A DNA stretch of 45,808 nucleotides from a virus, in IMG/VR virus record IMGVR_UViG_3300045988_088177, positions 1 through 45,808 of that record. One strand, given 5' to 3'. Under the pieces are notes generated by a model. It was not told the origin of the DNA and searched no databases. It saw only the letters and a list, made by a program, of their open reading frames with translations. Position numbers and translations under genes: made by a program. This document shows, one piece after another, positions 17,698 through 25,191 of this stretch (position 1 is its first letter; each line of letters opens with the position of its first letter).

Positions 17698-17880
17698 TCA
17701 GGATTCCTGCTTTTCTTTTTCCAGAAGAAGATGAACACCACGCCTGATTGCTTCCGTTCGTGTGATTCCATGGACTTCACAATAGGCAATAAGACGCTCG
17801 TGCATTTCCTTATCGAACCGCACTTTTACGTCAACATCTTTTGGGTTATCTGCTTTTGGCCTTCCTGTTCTCGGAGACAT
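17698..17880 (-). CDS. Ribbon-helix-helix protein (CopG/Mnt-like)
   Basis: 60 aa. RTGRPKADNPKDVDVKVRFDKEMHERLIAYCEVHGITRTEAIRRGV has the classic CopG-type RHH layout. GAGGTGA RBS. Confidence 0.75.
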   Translation of the reverse strand: MSPRTGRPKADNPKDVDVKVRFDKEMHERLIAYCEVHGITRTEAIRRGVHLLLEKEKQES

Positions 17881-17892
17881 AAGTTCACCTCA

Positions 17893-17943
17893 CTTTTTGT
17901 GTTCCGATAATTGGATTATATATTATGGAACACAAAAAGTCAA
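17893..17943 (-). promoter_or_regulatory. Consensus promoter with an embracing 13-bp inverted-repeat operator
   Basis: On the minus strand: TTGACT (17943..17938), a 17-nt spacer, then TATAAT (17920..17915). The perfect inverted repeat CTTTTTGTGTTCC / GGAACACAAAAAG (17893-17905 and 17927-17939) brackets the -10. Confidence 0.75.
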
Positions 17944-17951
17944 GCATTATT

Positions 17952-19604
17952 TTAGAACGGCCTTGCAAAAACCTCCACGCTGCCCCCATTCAGCGATTGG
18001 GCGTACTCAGCGAACATCGCCATGCCGTCCGGAACATCGTCGTGCTTATTTTTGCCAGCCACCGTGTAGGAACAGAGCATATCCATCATGCGCCCGTAGT
18101 CCGTGTTCCGCTTGTATTTGCTTTCGTCCAGGAACAGGCAGTGTTCCTTCACCCACGCCGAATTGACGATGATTTTGGTCTCCTTGTTGGCCGTGGTGAA
18201 TTTGGTGGTAATGTTGGTCACACCGCCCAGACGCTTGACCTCGCCCTGTATCTTCTCCGCCACCCTGCGCCCGGCGGAGTTACTTTCAAACCGGCAAGCC
18301 TTTACCTTGTCCCGCACCAGAATATCCGTTAGCCGGGCATCCACCGTGTCCGGAAGGCCGTTGTCGCACACGCAGTCCGCAATGTAGTAATCCTGTCCGT
18401 ACACATACCCAACCGGGAGAAAAGCGTAGTCATTGCCCTTGTCCTTGGTATCGCACACGCCGATGATGGCATCCGGTTCCTCCCGGGGCAGCTCAAAAAA
18501 CCGTCTCAACTCATCCGGGTGGTAAACAAGGCCCTCCCGTTCAATGGGCTGGTTCATATACAGCGCTTTCCAGCTGATGCTGTCCATAATGTCCCGCTGC
18601 TCCCGGTAGAACTTGGTGGAGAAGCCCACACCGTACTGGTAATCAAAATTACTCTCGTCGTTCTCATTCATGGCAGGAATACGGATGAACTTCGCCCGGT
18701 CGTTCTTCTCATACTCCCGTTCCAGCCGTCCGATCACATCATGGACGCTCCACCGGGTGGCAATGTGCAGCTCCTTACAGTGGTCTCCGATTTTACGCTG
18801 CCTCAAGTCCGTGGTGTAGGTCTCCCACAGCTTATCCAGCCGTTCTTTGGACAGGGCCACTTCGATGCCGGAAACCAGGTCATCGCAGTAGAGCAGGGTA
18901 GCTGCCCGGTACAGACCGGCGTTGCCCGTGCCGATGGAGGTAAATTCCAGTGTCTCAAACCGCTGCCTCTTGTCAAAATCAATGCGGCAGTCCTTGGCGT
19001 TGGTCCCGGACACGGCGATTCCCGGGAATACATCGTGCCACAGGTATTCCCCTTGTGGGTCAACCAGCCGCAGCACTTCGTCGTAGCACCCCCGGATAAA
19101 GGCGTTGGAGTGACTGCCCGTCAAGATGGGACTGTTCGGCTCTCGCCCCGCCAGAAACGCCAGAAAGAACAGCGCCAGGGTCGTCTTTCCGGAACCAGGG
19201 GGCAAACTCACCGCCAGCAAGTCCAGCTTGTCGTCCACGCACAGCGCTTGCAGATCGTCCACCACGGTTTTCAGTACCTTCCGCCTGGGCTGGTAAAACC
19301 GCTTCTTCGCCTCCCGGTTCAGCTCCATGTATTGCAAGAAGCTGTCAAAATCATGTGGCGCCTCAAACAGCAAACTCAGCCGCCATTGCTCATGAAATGC
19401 CGACATCGTCAAAATATCAGTTCCATTCCGATTCATTTCCGTGTTGCACATATCCCGCAGCCGCTTATTCATCCTATGTGCCGCCTGGAAGTCCGTCTCC
19501 GCCCAAGACTGACACAGGCCGAATAAATCCATGTAAGCCTCAACATCCGTCCTGCGCCGCTCTATGGCCCCCAGAATGGAAGCAGATACCTTTTCGTAGT
19601 CCAT
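17952..19604 (-). CDS. terL: Terminase large subunit
   Basis: 550 aa with Walker A SLPPGSGKTT. Size and position upstream of portal are typical. Confidence 0.9.
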   Translation of the reverse strand: MDYEKVSASILGAIERRRTDVEAYMDLFGLCQSWAETDFQAAHRMNKRLRDMCNTEMNRNGTDILTMSAFHEQWRLSLLFEAPHDFDSFLQYMELNREAKKRFYQPRRKVLKTVVDDLQALCVDDKLDLLAVSLPPGSGKTTLALFFLAFLAGREPNSPILTGSHSNAFIRGCYDEVLRLVDPQGEYLWHDVFPGIAVSGTNAKDCRIDFDKRQRFETLEFTSIGTGNAGLYRAATLLYCDDLVSGIEVALSKERLDKLWETYTTDLRQRKIGDHCKELHIATRWSVHDVIGRLEREYEKNDRAKFIRIPAMNENDESNFDYQYGVGFSTKFYREQRDIMDSISWKALYMNQPIEREGLVYHPDELRRFFELPREEPDAIIGVCDTKDKGNDYAFLPVGYVYGQDYYIADCVCDNGLPDTVDARLTDILVRDKVKACRFESNSAGRRVAEKIQGEVKRLGGVTNITTKFTTANKETKIIVNSAWVKEHCLFLDESKYKRNTDYGRMMDMLCSYTVAGKNKHDDVPDGMAMFAEYAQSLNGGSVEVFARPF

Positions 19605-19613
19605 GTCGTCACC

Positions 19614-19985
19614 TCACAGAGCGTCTGCTTGCTCAAATGCTTTCAGCAGTTTGGGGAACTGAATTGCAATCCAGTCCACCATTTCCTCATTCTTTGCCCA
19701 TGCGGAATCAGGGGTGAAACTGTTCCATTGCAGCCCGCTTTCGTTCAGAAAAGCGTGTACGATTTCGTGCCGCAGCGTGGTTCGCTGTAGATGCTCTATC
19801 CTTTCTTCTGGCTCATTCTCCCATTCCTCATGCGTTTTGAGCAGGAGAACATAAATTTCGTGGCTATTAGCGGAGCAATACCCCCCGTAGTGCATCTTGT
19901 CCATGTATTCATCCTGCCCGGCTTCTACAAAACGGACGGTGTACTCCGTACCCAGAACCGAAATCTTTTTTGCCCTTGTATCCAT
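19614..19985 (-). CDS. Small HExxH zinc-metallopeptidase-like protein
   Basis: 123 aa with LRHEIVHAFLNESG (HExxH motif). GGAGGG RBS. It is the first gene after the 20032..20076 terminator. Confidence 0.6.
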   Translation of the reverse strand: MDTRAKKISVLGTEYTVRFVEAGQDEYMDKMHYGGYCSANSHEIYVLLLKTHEEWENEPEERIEHLQRTTLRHEIVHAFLNESGLQWNSFTPDSAWAKNEEMVDWIAIQFPKLLKAFEQADAL

Positions 19986-20006
19986 AATACCCTCCTTGTG
20001 TCAGAC

Positions 20007-20030
20007 CATTTTCGTGAAGCCACGAAAATG
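20007..20030 (-). promoter_or_regulatory. Conserved palindrome/hairpin, copy 1 (CATTTTCGTG-N4-CACGAAAATG)
   Basis: Perfect 10-bp arms with a 4-nt loop, 21 nt upstream of the 19985 start. A near-identical copy lies at 31874..31897. Confidence 0.7.
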
Positions 20031-20031
20031 A

Positions 20032-20076
20032 TAAAAAAGAAGGGCTACCCGTGCGTTTCCACACGAATAGCCCTTC
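20032..20076 (-). terminator. Intrinsic terminator ending the leftward accessory operon
   Basis: Minus RNA is GAAGGGCUA...UAGCCCUUC followed by UUUUUUA. Both arms and flanks are shared with the 14420..14466 terminator. Confidence 0.8.
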
Positions 20077-20106
20077 GGCTGTCAGCGCTGCCCTTGCAGC
20101 GCCCTC

Positions 20107-20403
20107 TTATTCTTCCAACTCATCCTCGTCACCCGGTCGAGTGGTCCACTCTTTTAGGATTTCGATTGCCTCGTCAGGCATATTCGGCAAATCTCTTAAC
20201 TGCTCAAAATCACGATATGCTTCGGTCTTGATTCTTTTTAGCTGTGCAATCTCTTTATCTTTCAGATAAGTATTGCTTCTGTCAAGAATCCGTTTTTCCT
20301 CGTCGGATAAGCTTCCAATATCGACACCAAGCCCCAACATATATACTGGCTGCGTATCGTCAATCATTGTACATTCCAAAAGGTGAGGGCAATAATCATC
20401 CAT
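20107..20403 (-). CDS. Hypothetical acidic protein
   Basis: 98-aa ORF with an AAGGAGGA RBS. Confidence 0.55.
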   Translation of the reverse strand: MDDYCPHLLECTMIDDTQPVYMLGLGVDIGSLSDEEKRILDRSNTYLKDKEIAQLKRIKTEAYRDFEQLRDLPNMPDEAIEILKEWTTRPGDEDELEE

Positions 20404-20463
20404 TCAAATCCTCCTTTCAAATGTAGCCCTTCTGCTTGCCTACCGCCCTTGCGGTAGGCTTAT

Positions 20464-21015
20464 TTAATCCCAAATATGCTCGTCGCAATACGCCGACCAT
20501 TCGGATTCCATTTCTTCCAGAACGGCATCACAGTCCTCACCGTTTATAATCCGTTCAAGCGCTTTCTTTCCAGCAGATGCTTTCGCATAATTTGCAGCAC
20601 GGCTGTATGCCTCCGCTTTCAGATATGCGCTTGCTCTCGGATACTTTCTGTACAGTTCCTCGAAATCGTACTGCGGCTTCGGACGAACACCCATGCCTCC
20701 TACATCCTTGAAACTTTCCTCAAACTCATACTGCCAGTTCTCCAAGTCTGTCTTTGCAGCCTGAATTTCTTTCAGGCCAGGGATAGCGTTGATTTTTGCC
20801 TCTCGTTCCTCCGCTGCCAGCTGCTCTTCTTCAAACTCTCGAAGCAGAGTAGCCTTGATTTCCTCTTTTGCGGAAACAATCTTTTCCCAATCACCATTCT
20901 CTCTTGCAAGCAAACCGTCAGCAATATAAAGCTTACCGGTGGGGGTGCGCTTTCCGCCCCTGTACTCAACATCCAGCCTGATTCTGTATCGGTTTATCAG
21001 CTCATTCGGCGCCAT
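20464..21015 (-). CDS. Hypothetical protein
   Basis: ATG at 21015 follows GAGGAGG. The track start at 21030 is a GTG inside that RBS. 183 aa, helical and charged. Confidence 0.6.
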   Translation of the reverse strand: MAPNELINRYRIRLDVEYRGGKRTPTGKLYIADGLLARENGDWEKIVSAKEEIKATLLREFEEEQLAAEEREAKINAIPGLKEIQAAKTDLENWQYEFEESFKDVGGMGVRPKPQYDFEELYRKYPRASAYLKAEAYSRAANYAKASAGKKALERIINGEDCDAVLEEMESEWSAYCDEHIWD

Positions 21016-21016
21016 G

Positions 21017-21364
21017 TCAATCCTCCTCACTTACTTTTTCGGCATCTGCGCACGCCAGTTTCTTCTCCCGGCACTTCCGGATTCTTTGTGCATTCACCGT
21101 CTGGCTTGGAGTTATCATAATGCCACGCTCATAGGGCGTGTTGATGTTCACCCAGGTTGTAGAAATTCCCAATTGTTCTGCGATCTCGTTCTGTGGAACT
21201 CCGGCTTCTATAAGCTCCGCAACCGTCTGCGTGAGCGGCGTTTCAAGCAGCCCATGGGAAATCAGGCACTTTCGGACAACACCATGGGAAACATCCAGCC
21301 TCCGGGCCGTTTCTTTGATGCTGTTCCATTTTTGGTATTCTGCAACGACATCTTCTGTTGTCAT
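21017..21364 (-). CDS. Double helix-turn-helix DNA-binding protein
   Basis: 115 aa with two HTH-like segments (IKETARRLDVSHGVVRKCL and VPQNEIAEQLGISTTWVNI). Confidence 0.6.
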   Translation of the reverse strand: MTTEDVVAEYQKWNSIKETARRLDVSHGVVRKCLISHGLLETPLTQTVAELIEAGVPQNEIAEQLGISTTWVNINTPYERGIMITPSQTVNAQRIRKCREKKLACADAEKVSEED

Positions 21365-21441
21365 GTTGAGCCTCCTATTTGTGGCGTATAAGTTCTGCCA
21401 GAACCATGATAGGGAAGACCAGAATTAAAAACAGCTCCATG

Positions 21442-22008
21442 TTAGGCCTCCGGTTCGCCAATTTTTGTGTCAATCCCGTTTCTTGTGAATGATATTTGAA
21501 TGCCCATTTTCTTGCCGGTGGAGACATCTACTGCTATGCTCCCGTGTCTGTTTTCCTTTCCTAGGCCAGACTTCTGCTGGTAATACACAGTATGGATTCC
21601 ATCTGGCAGATTGAATCTAGCAGACCCGCCGTTTGCAATATCCACTTGCGGTTTATCATCCACTTTCACAGAAAGAAGAACCGCGCTTCCTGTTTTGCAC
21701 GGTTTTCGAGTAATACGTAGATTATACTCAGATTCCTCATCCGGCCTTGTAGCAGTCTTACAGTTCTCAACAGTCCCAGAGTACCCGCAGTCTTGGCAGG
21801 TCAAAACGCTCTGATATGCCTGCGGGATGACGGCCTTCACGATTGCAGAGACAATCAGCCCAAGAAGAGCGCCTGCAATAGCTCCGGCAATTCCTAGAAA
21901 CATCGTTCCGAACCCGATAAATACGAGCAATATCGGGCCGGTAAGCTTTGGCTTGTATTCTCTTGATTGAATTTGAACATTCTCAGACCCGCATTTTGGG
22001 CATTTCAT
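21442..22008 (-). CDS. Zinc-ribbon membrane protein
   Basis: ATG at 22008 follows GAAGGAG. Has MKCPKCGSENV...CQDCGYSG (two CxxC pairs flanking two predicted TM segments) and a beta-rich C-terminal domain. Confidence 0.65.
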   Translation of the reverse strand: MKCPKCGSENVQIQSREYKPKLTGPILLVFIGFGTMFLGIAGAIAGALLGLIVSAIVKAVIPQAYQSVLTCQDCGYSGTVENCKTATRPDEESEYNLRITRKPCKTGSAVLLSVKVDDKPQVDIANGGSARFNLPDGIHTVYYQQKSGLGKENRHGSIAVDVSTGKKMGIQISFTRNGIDTKIGEPEA

Positions 22009-22028
22009 AGCTGTCACTCCTTCAAATT

Positions 22029-22787
22029 TTATGTTTCCAGAATTGGTTCGTGCTGGCCCTTGACCCATTCGCCGTCCTCGCCGTATCTGTATTCACCACG
22101 GTATGTCCGCTCGTTGTTCCAGATACTCTGCACTGTGGAGATTACAAATGGTTTTCCACGCCGTGTATGATACCCAGCCTCATTCAGGGCTTTGACAGTT
22201 CCAAGCATCGTGTCACCAGCGAATTTATGCTTGAATATGAAACGCACAACCTCCGCTTCTGGTTCATTGATAACAAGATGCTTATCTACGACCTTGTAGC
22301 CCATAGGAGCCTGCCCGCCAGCGTAGCCACCGGCTTTTGCTTTCTGCTTTCTTCCTCCGGTCATGCGGGAGCGGATATTCTCACGCTCAATCTGAGCGAC
22401 CATTGCCATAAAGTTCTCCAAAATCATGGCAGTCAGCTTGTCCTGCGCTGACCAATCCTCTTTGACGCTGAGAATTTCCAGCCCCAGTTCGTTCAGCCGC
22501 ATCTTAAATCCGTAGTAAAGGCAAATGTCACGGGAAAGCCGGTCCGCTCTGGCCACCACAACGTAATCCGTCGGAGGGTTTGTCACTTCTCCGCTCAAAA
22601 TCTTGTCGAGAGCCGGACGGCGTACTTTGGCACCGCTGACAGCTTCGTCGATATACCAGTTTACGACTTCTATGTCGTGCGCCTCACAGTATTCTTTAAT
22701 GTCAGACCGTTGCGCTTCAATGCCATAAGCATCTTCGCCAGTTTGCCCTTTTGTGGACACTCTCAGGTAAGCAACAGCACGTTTCAT
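22029..22787 (-). CDS. Short serine recombinase: resolvase catalytic domain plus recombinase domain, lacking the zinc-ribbon and coiled-coil
   Basis: MKRAVAYLRVSTKGQ...ARADRLSRD catalytic motifs. It ends right after ...WVKGQHEPILET, where large serine recombinases continue. ATG at 22787 follows GAGGTGA. The ATG at 22805 abuts the -10 box. Confidence 0.8.
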   Translation of the reverse strand: MKRAVAYLRVSTKGQTGEDAYGIEAQRSDIKEYCEAHDIEVVNWYIDEAVSGAKVRRPALDKILSGEVTNPPTDYVVVARADRLSRDICLYYGFKMRLNELGLEILSVKEDWSAQDKLTAMILENFMAMVAQIERENIRSRMTGGRKQKAKAGGYAGGQAPMGYKVVDKHLVINEPEAEVVRFIFKHKFAGDTMLGTVKALNEAGYHTRRGKPFVISTVQSIWNNERTYRGEYRYGEDGEWVKGQHEPILET

Positions 22788-22805
22788 ACTTATCACCTCG
22801 CCCAT

Positions 22806-22834
22806 AATATATCACAATTACGTCTATATGTCAA
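22806..22834 (-). promoter_or_regulatory. Consensus promoter of the recombinase operon with operator in the spacer
   Basis: On the minus strand: TTGACA (22834..22829), a 17-nt spacer containing TAGACGTAATTGT, then TATATT (22811..22806). Confidence 0.75.
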
Positions 22835-23080
22835 TACGTAAATGTAAATAATCCTTTTTTATTTTTCCGGGATTTTTTGAAAAGTAGGTGAGGGGAGGCG
22901 TTTTTATTCCTGCGGATACTTACGGCACTAACCCCGCCGGAACGCCCAGGCCTATATCCCCCGCCCCCGGCCCTGCCAACATGGCGCACGGCTGGAGGCC
23001 TGGGAGGGCCGCCGCCGGAAACGTGGGACGGTCCGGAATTGGGAAAATAAAAATAGTTACGTCTAATTAAAAATAAACTA

Positions 23081-23109
23081 TTGACAATTACGTCTAATCG
23101 TTGTATAAT
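23081..23109 (+). promoter_or_regulatory. Perfect consensus promoter of the plus-strand operon with operator in the spacer
   Basis: TTGACA, spacer attacgtctaatcgttg (17 nt), then TATAAT. The motif ACAATTACGTCTA (23084-23096) also occurs at 22814-22826, and TTACGTCTA at 23057-23065. Confidence 0.8.
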
Positions 23110-23221
23110 GTCAACGTAAACAAAAAAGCGCCCCGGCAGCCGTAGGAAGCCCGGGACGCACCACACAAGGAGGCCCCTACATTGTAGCACGGCCCCCGGA
23201 AGAATGCAAGGAGGAAATACC

Positions 23222-23422
23222 ATGGAACAGAAAGTAAAACAGATCGTGAAGAAATGGGGCGGCTACAGGGAACTGGACGTAATGAGCAAGCCGCACACCC
23301 TGACAAAGGGAACGTGGAACAGTGAGCACAAGGTTATCTACGTAACGGAAAAAGCAGTCCAGGAAGACGGGTACAGCAACGGATTCGCTGTGGACCTCGT
23401 CACCGGCTCTATTTGCGGATAA
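23222..23422 (+). CDS. Hypothetical small protein
   Basis: 66 aa, with ATG after AAGGAGGA. Confidence 0.6.
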   Translation: MEQKVKQIVKKWGGYRELDVMSKPHTLTKGTWNSEHKVIYVTEKAVQEDGYSNGFAVDLVTGSICG

Positions 23423-23440
23423 TGTAAGGGGGATTCGAAA

Positions 23441-24160
23441 ATGGAAAAATATGTTGATATTCTGGCCGCTATTGCCGACACCCGGGCCGCTATGGTAGAC
23501 CCCGAAAAGAGCGAGAAAGAATTTGCTAGAAATGCGGTAAAAATCGCTTACAAGACCGGCACGGATGCCGAACTAGCCGCAGCAGAGGCCGCCTATAAGG
23601 CCGCAGAAGAAAAATACGTTGCTGATTGCAAACATAACGAGGGCTTAAAAATAGCCCTTGAAATCCTTAAAGATAACGCAGCCAACGCCTTTTTTGCGGA
23701 GTCCATCGGCACTATTTGCACCATCTGGAATAAATACGCCGGGAAGCCGCACGGCGAAAAGACCGCTGAAAAAATCCGGAAGGAACTTTTCGAGGCCCTG
23801 GGCGTTAGGGTGTATATCACAAACAAGTATGATGATGCTTGTATAACTTGCTATGATTTGGGCCGAAATGCCCCGTTTCGGCAGCTGGAATTTTACGCAA
23901 GCCGCAAAGCTGGCGTAAACGTCCCGGCCCTTGTTGGCAACAAAGTGCAGGCATTAAACCCCGATTGTTTCCGGCTGTATTGCTGTGGCGGCTACGTCGA
24001 CGACGTGCCCGCCCAGGTGGAGGCGATCAGGGCGGCCCACGAAAAGGCCAGAGAAGCAGAAGCGGCTTTTTCCGCTGCCGTATCCGCTTATAACAACCTA
24101 ACCCGCGGGAATATCGTCAGAGCGTCCACCCGTGAGGGCGTGAAAAGCTGGCTTATTTGA
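23441..24160 (+). CDS. Hypothetical protein (Ala-rich helical N- and C-termini)
   Basis: 239-aa ORF with a GGGGGA RBS. No motif recognised. Confidence 0.65.
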   Translation: MEKYVDILAAIADTRAAMVDPEKSEKEFARNAVKIAYKTGTDAELAAAEAAYKAAEEKYVADCKHNEGLKIALEILKDNAANAFFAESIGTICTIWNKYAGKPHGEKTAEKIRKELFEALGVRVYITNKYDDACITCYDLGRNAPFRQLEFYASRKAGVNVPALVGNKVQALNPDCFRLYCCGGYVDDVPAQVEAIRAAHEKAREAEAAFSAAVSAYNNLTRGNIVRASTREGVKSWLI

Positions 24161-24174
24161 TGGGGGTGCAACCA

Positions 24175-24441
24175 ATGGACATCAACGCAACAATGGCCGA
24201 ACTGGCCCAATATATCCGGATGCAGGAGGAGGCCTCCGCAATGGTGGAGGCCCTGAAAGACCAGCTAAAAACCTATATGCAGGCCGCCGGGGTTGATACC
24301 CTGGCGGGTGCCGAACACAAGGCCGCATATAAGGCCGTAACGTCTAACCGCATCGACACGGCGGCCCTAAAGCGGGACTTGCCGGAGGTTGCCCAGCAGT
24401 ACACCAGGGCCACGGAAACCCGCCGGTTTACGTTTGCATAG
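24175..24441 (+). CDS. Hypothetical protein (coiled-coil N-terminus, C-terminal ...TSNRIDTAALKRDLPEVAQQYTRATETRRFTF)
   Basis: ATG at 24175 follows GGGGGTG. The track start at 24157 is a TTG overlapping the upstream stop. Confidence 0.6.
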   Translation: MDINATMAELAQYIRMQEEASAMVEALKDQLKTYMQAAGVDTLAGAEHKAAYKAVTSNRIDTAALKRDLPEVAQQYTRATETRRFTFA

Positions 24442-24453
24442 GGGGGCGGTGCA

Positions 24454-24528
24454 GTGGTCAACCTCCATTTCTGGGCGCTCCTTCTGGCCGTCCTGGCCGC
24501 CATTTTCACCCCGTCTGGTGCTATGTAG
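24454..24528 (+). CDS. Micro-ORF, hydrophobic 24-aa peptide (MVNLHFWALLLAVLAAIFTPSGAM)
   Basis: GTG start 7 nt after TAGGGGGG. Below the track cutoff and read manually. Confidence 0.35.
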   Translation: MVNLHFWALLLAVLAAIFTPSGAM

Positions 24529-24540
24529 GGGGGTGATACC

Positions 24541-24606
24541 GTGATATTAGCAATCATCCTCTTCCCGTTTTTTGTCCTGGTGGAAATCCTCAAAAACTGT
24601 AAATAA
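24541..24606 (+). CDS. Micro-ORF, hydrophobic 21-aa peptide (MILAIILFPFFVLVEILKNCK)
   Basis: GTG start after TAGGGGGGTGA, the same initiation architecture as 24454. Confidence 0.35.
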   Translation: MILAIILFPFFVLVEILKNCK

Positions 24607-24728
24607 TTCTGTTATAGGCCCCGGAAACGGGGCCGGAAAGGTTGAAACTATGGAAAAAGCCAATAAATACGCCGTTAACAGCTGGCCGCCCTGCGATCTG
24701 CGCAGCTGCTCCCCGTTTCCATCAGCTC

Positions 24729-24757
24729 CCCGCCCATCGTGGCGGGATTTCTTTTGC
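24729..24757 (+). terminator. Intrinsic terminator of the plus-strand operon
   Basis: CCCGCC-catcgt-GGCGGG followed by ATTTCTTTTG. Confidence 0.6.
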
Positions 24758-25107
24758 CTATTCCGTGTGGCGGCTCTGGTGGCGTTTTAAGCGGTTTATT
24801 TTTCTGTGGTATCATTTGCCGTTTTCCTATATAATCGGCTTGTATGAGATTTCTAGTGCCGTCACGGAATAGGCGGCGCATAATTACGCTATTACAAGGG
24901 CGGCACAAGTCCTATACAGGCCGTTTTCATGGCGTGGTAAGCTGGCACCATACCCGGGATTTTGTGCAGCCCTGCACCGTCTGGGCGGCTCCCAGGGGGC
25001 AGGGTTCAACCGTGGTGGTCATTCCCAGCCCCGGAAACCCGCCGATTTTTCTTCGGAAATCTGAAAGATTTTTGTCAGGGAATTTTTTCTCGGATTTTTC
25101 GCCGGTC

Positions 25108-25158
25108 ATAGTCGATAGTCGATAGCCATTTTTCGAAAATCATAGTCGTTCATAGTTG
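25108..25158. repeat. ATAGTCG repeat cluster
   Basis: ATAGTCG at 25108, 25115 and 25142 (and at 25199 inside the HNH 3' end). Variants are ATAGCCA at 25122 and ATAGTTG at 25152. Confidence 0.7.
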
Positions 25159-25159
25159 A

Positions 25160-25191
25160 AAGAAAATCCCACCGGCAAAAAGTCGGTGGGA
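25160..25191 (-). terminator. Intrinsic terminator after the HNH gene
   Basis: Minus RNA is UCCCACCG-ACUUUUUGC-CGGUGGGA followed by UUUUCUU. Confidence 0.75.

Noticed and set aside
21375-21440. 21-aa hydrophobic micro-ORF (MELFLILVFPIMVLAELIRHK) between the zinc-ribbon protein and the HTH gene.
   Set aside because: There is no RBS upstream of its ATG and it is very short. It cannot be distinguished from chance and is noted only.
22831-23223. ORFs across the GC-rich intergenic block (130 aa on minus, 60 aa on plus).
   Set aside because: The translations are implausible (PPRPPAVRHVGRAGGGGYRPGRSGG...), they overlap both promoters, and they have no RBS.
24844-25125. 93-aa plus-strand ORF, plus other small ORFs, in the 400-bp gap.
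   Set aside because: No RBS and an Arg/Pro-rich sequence. The region is better explained as non-coding (repeats, stems).
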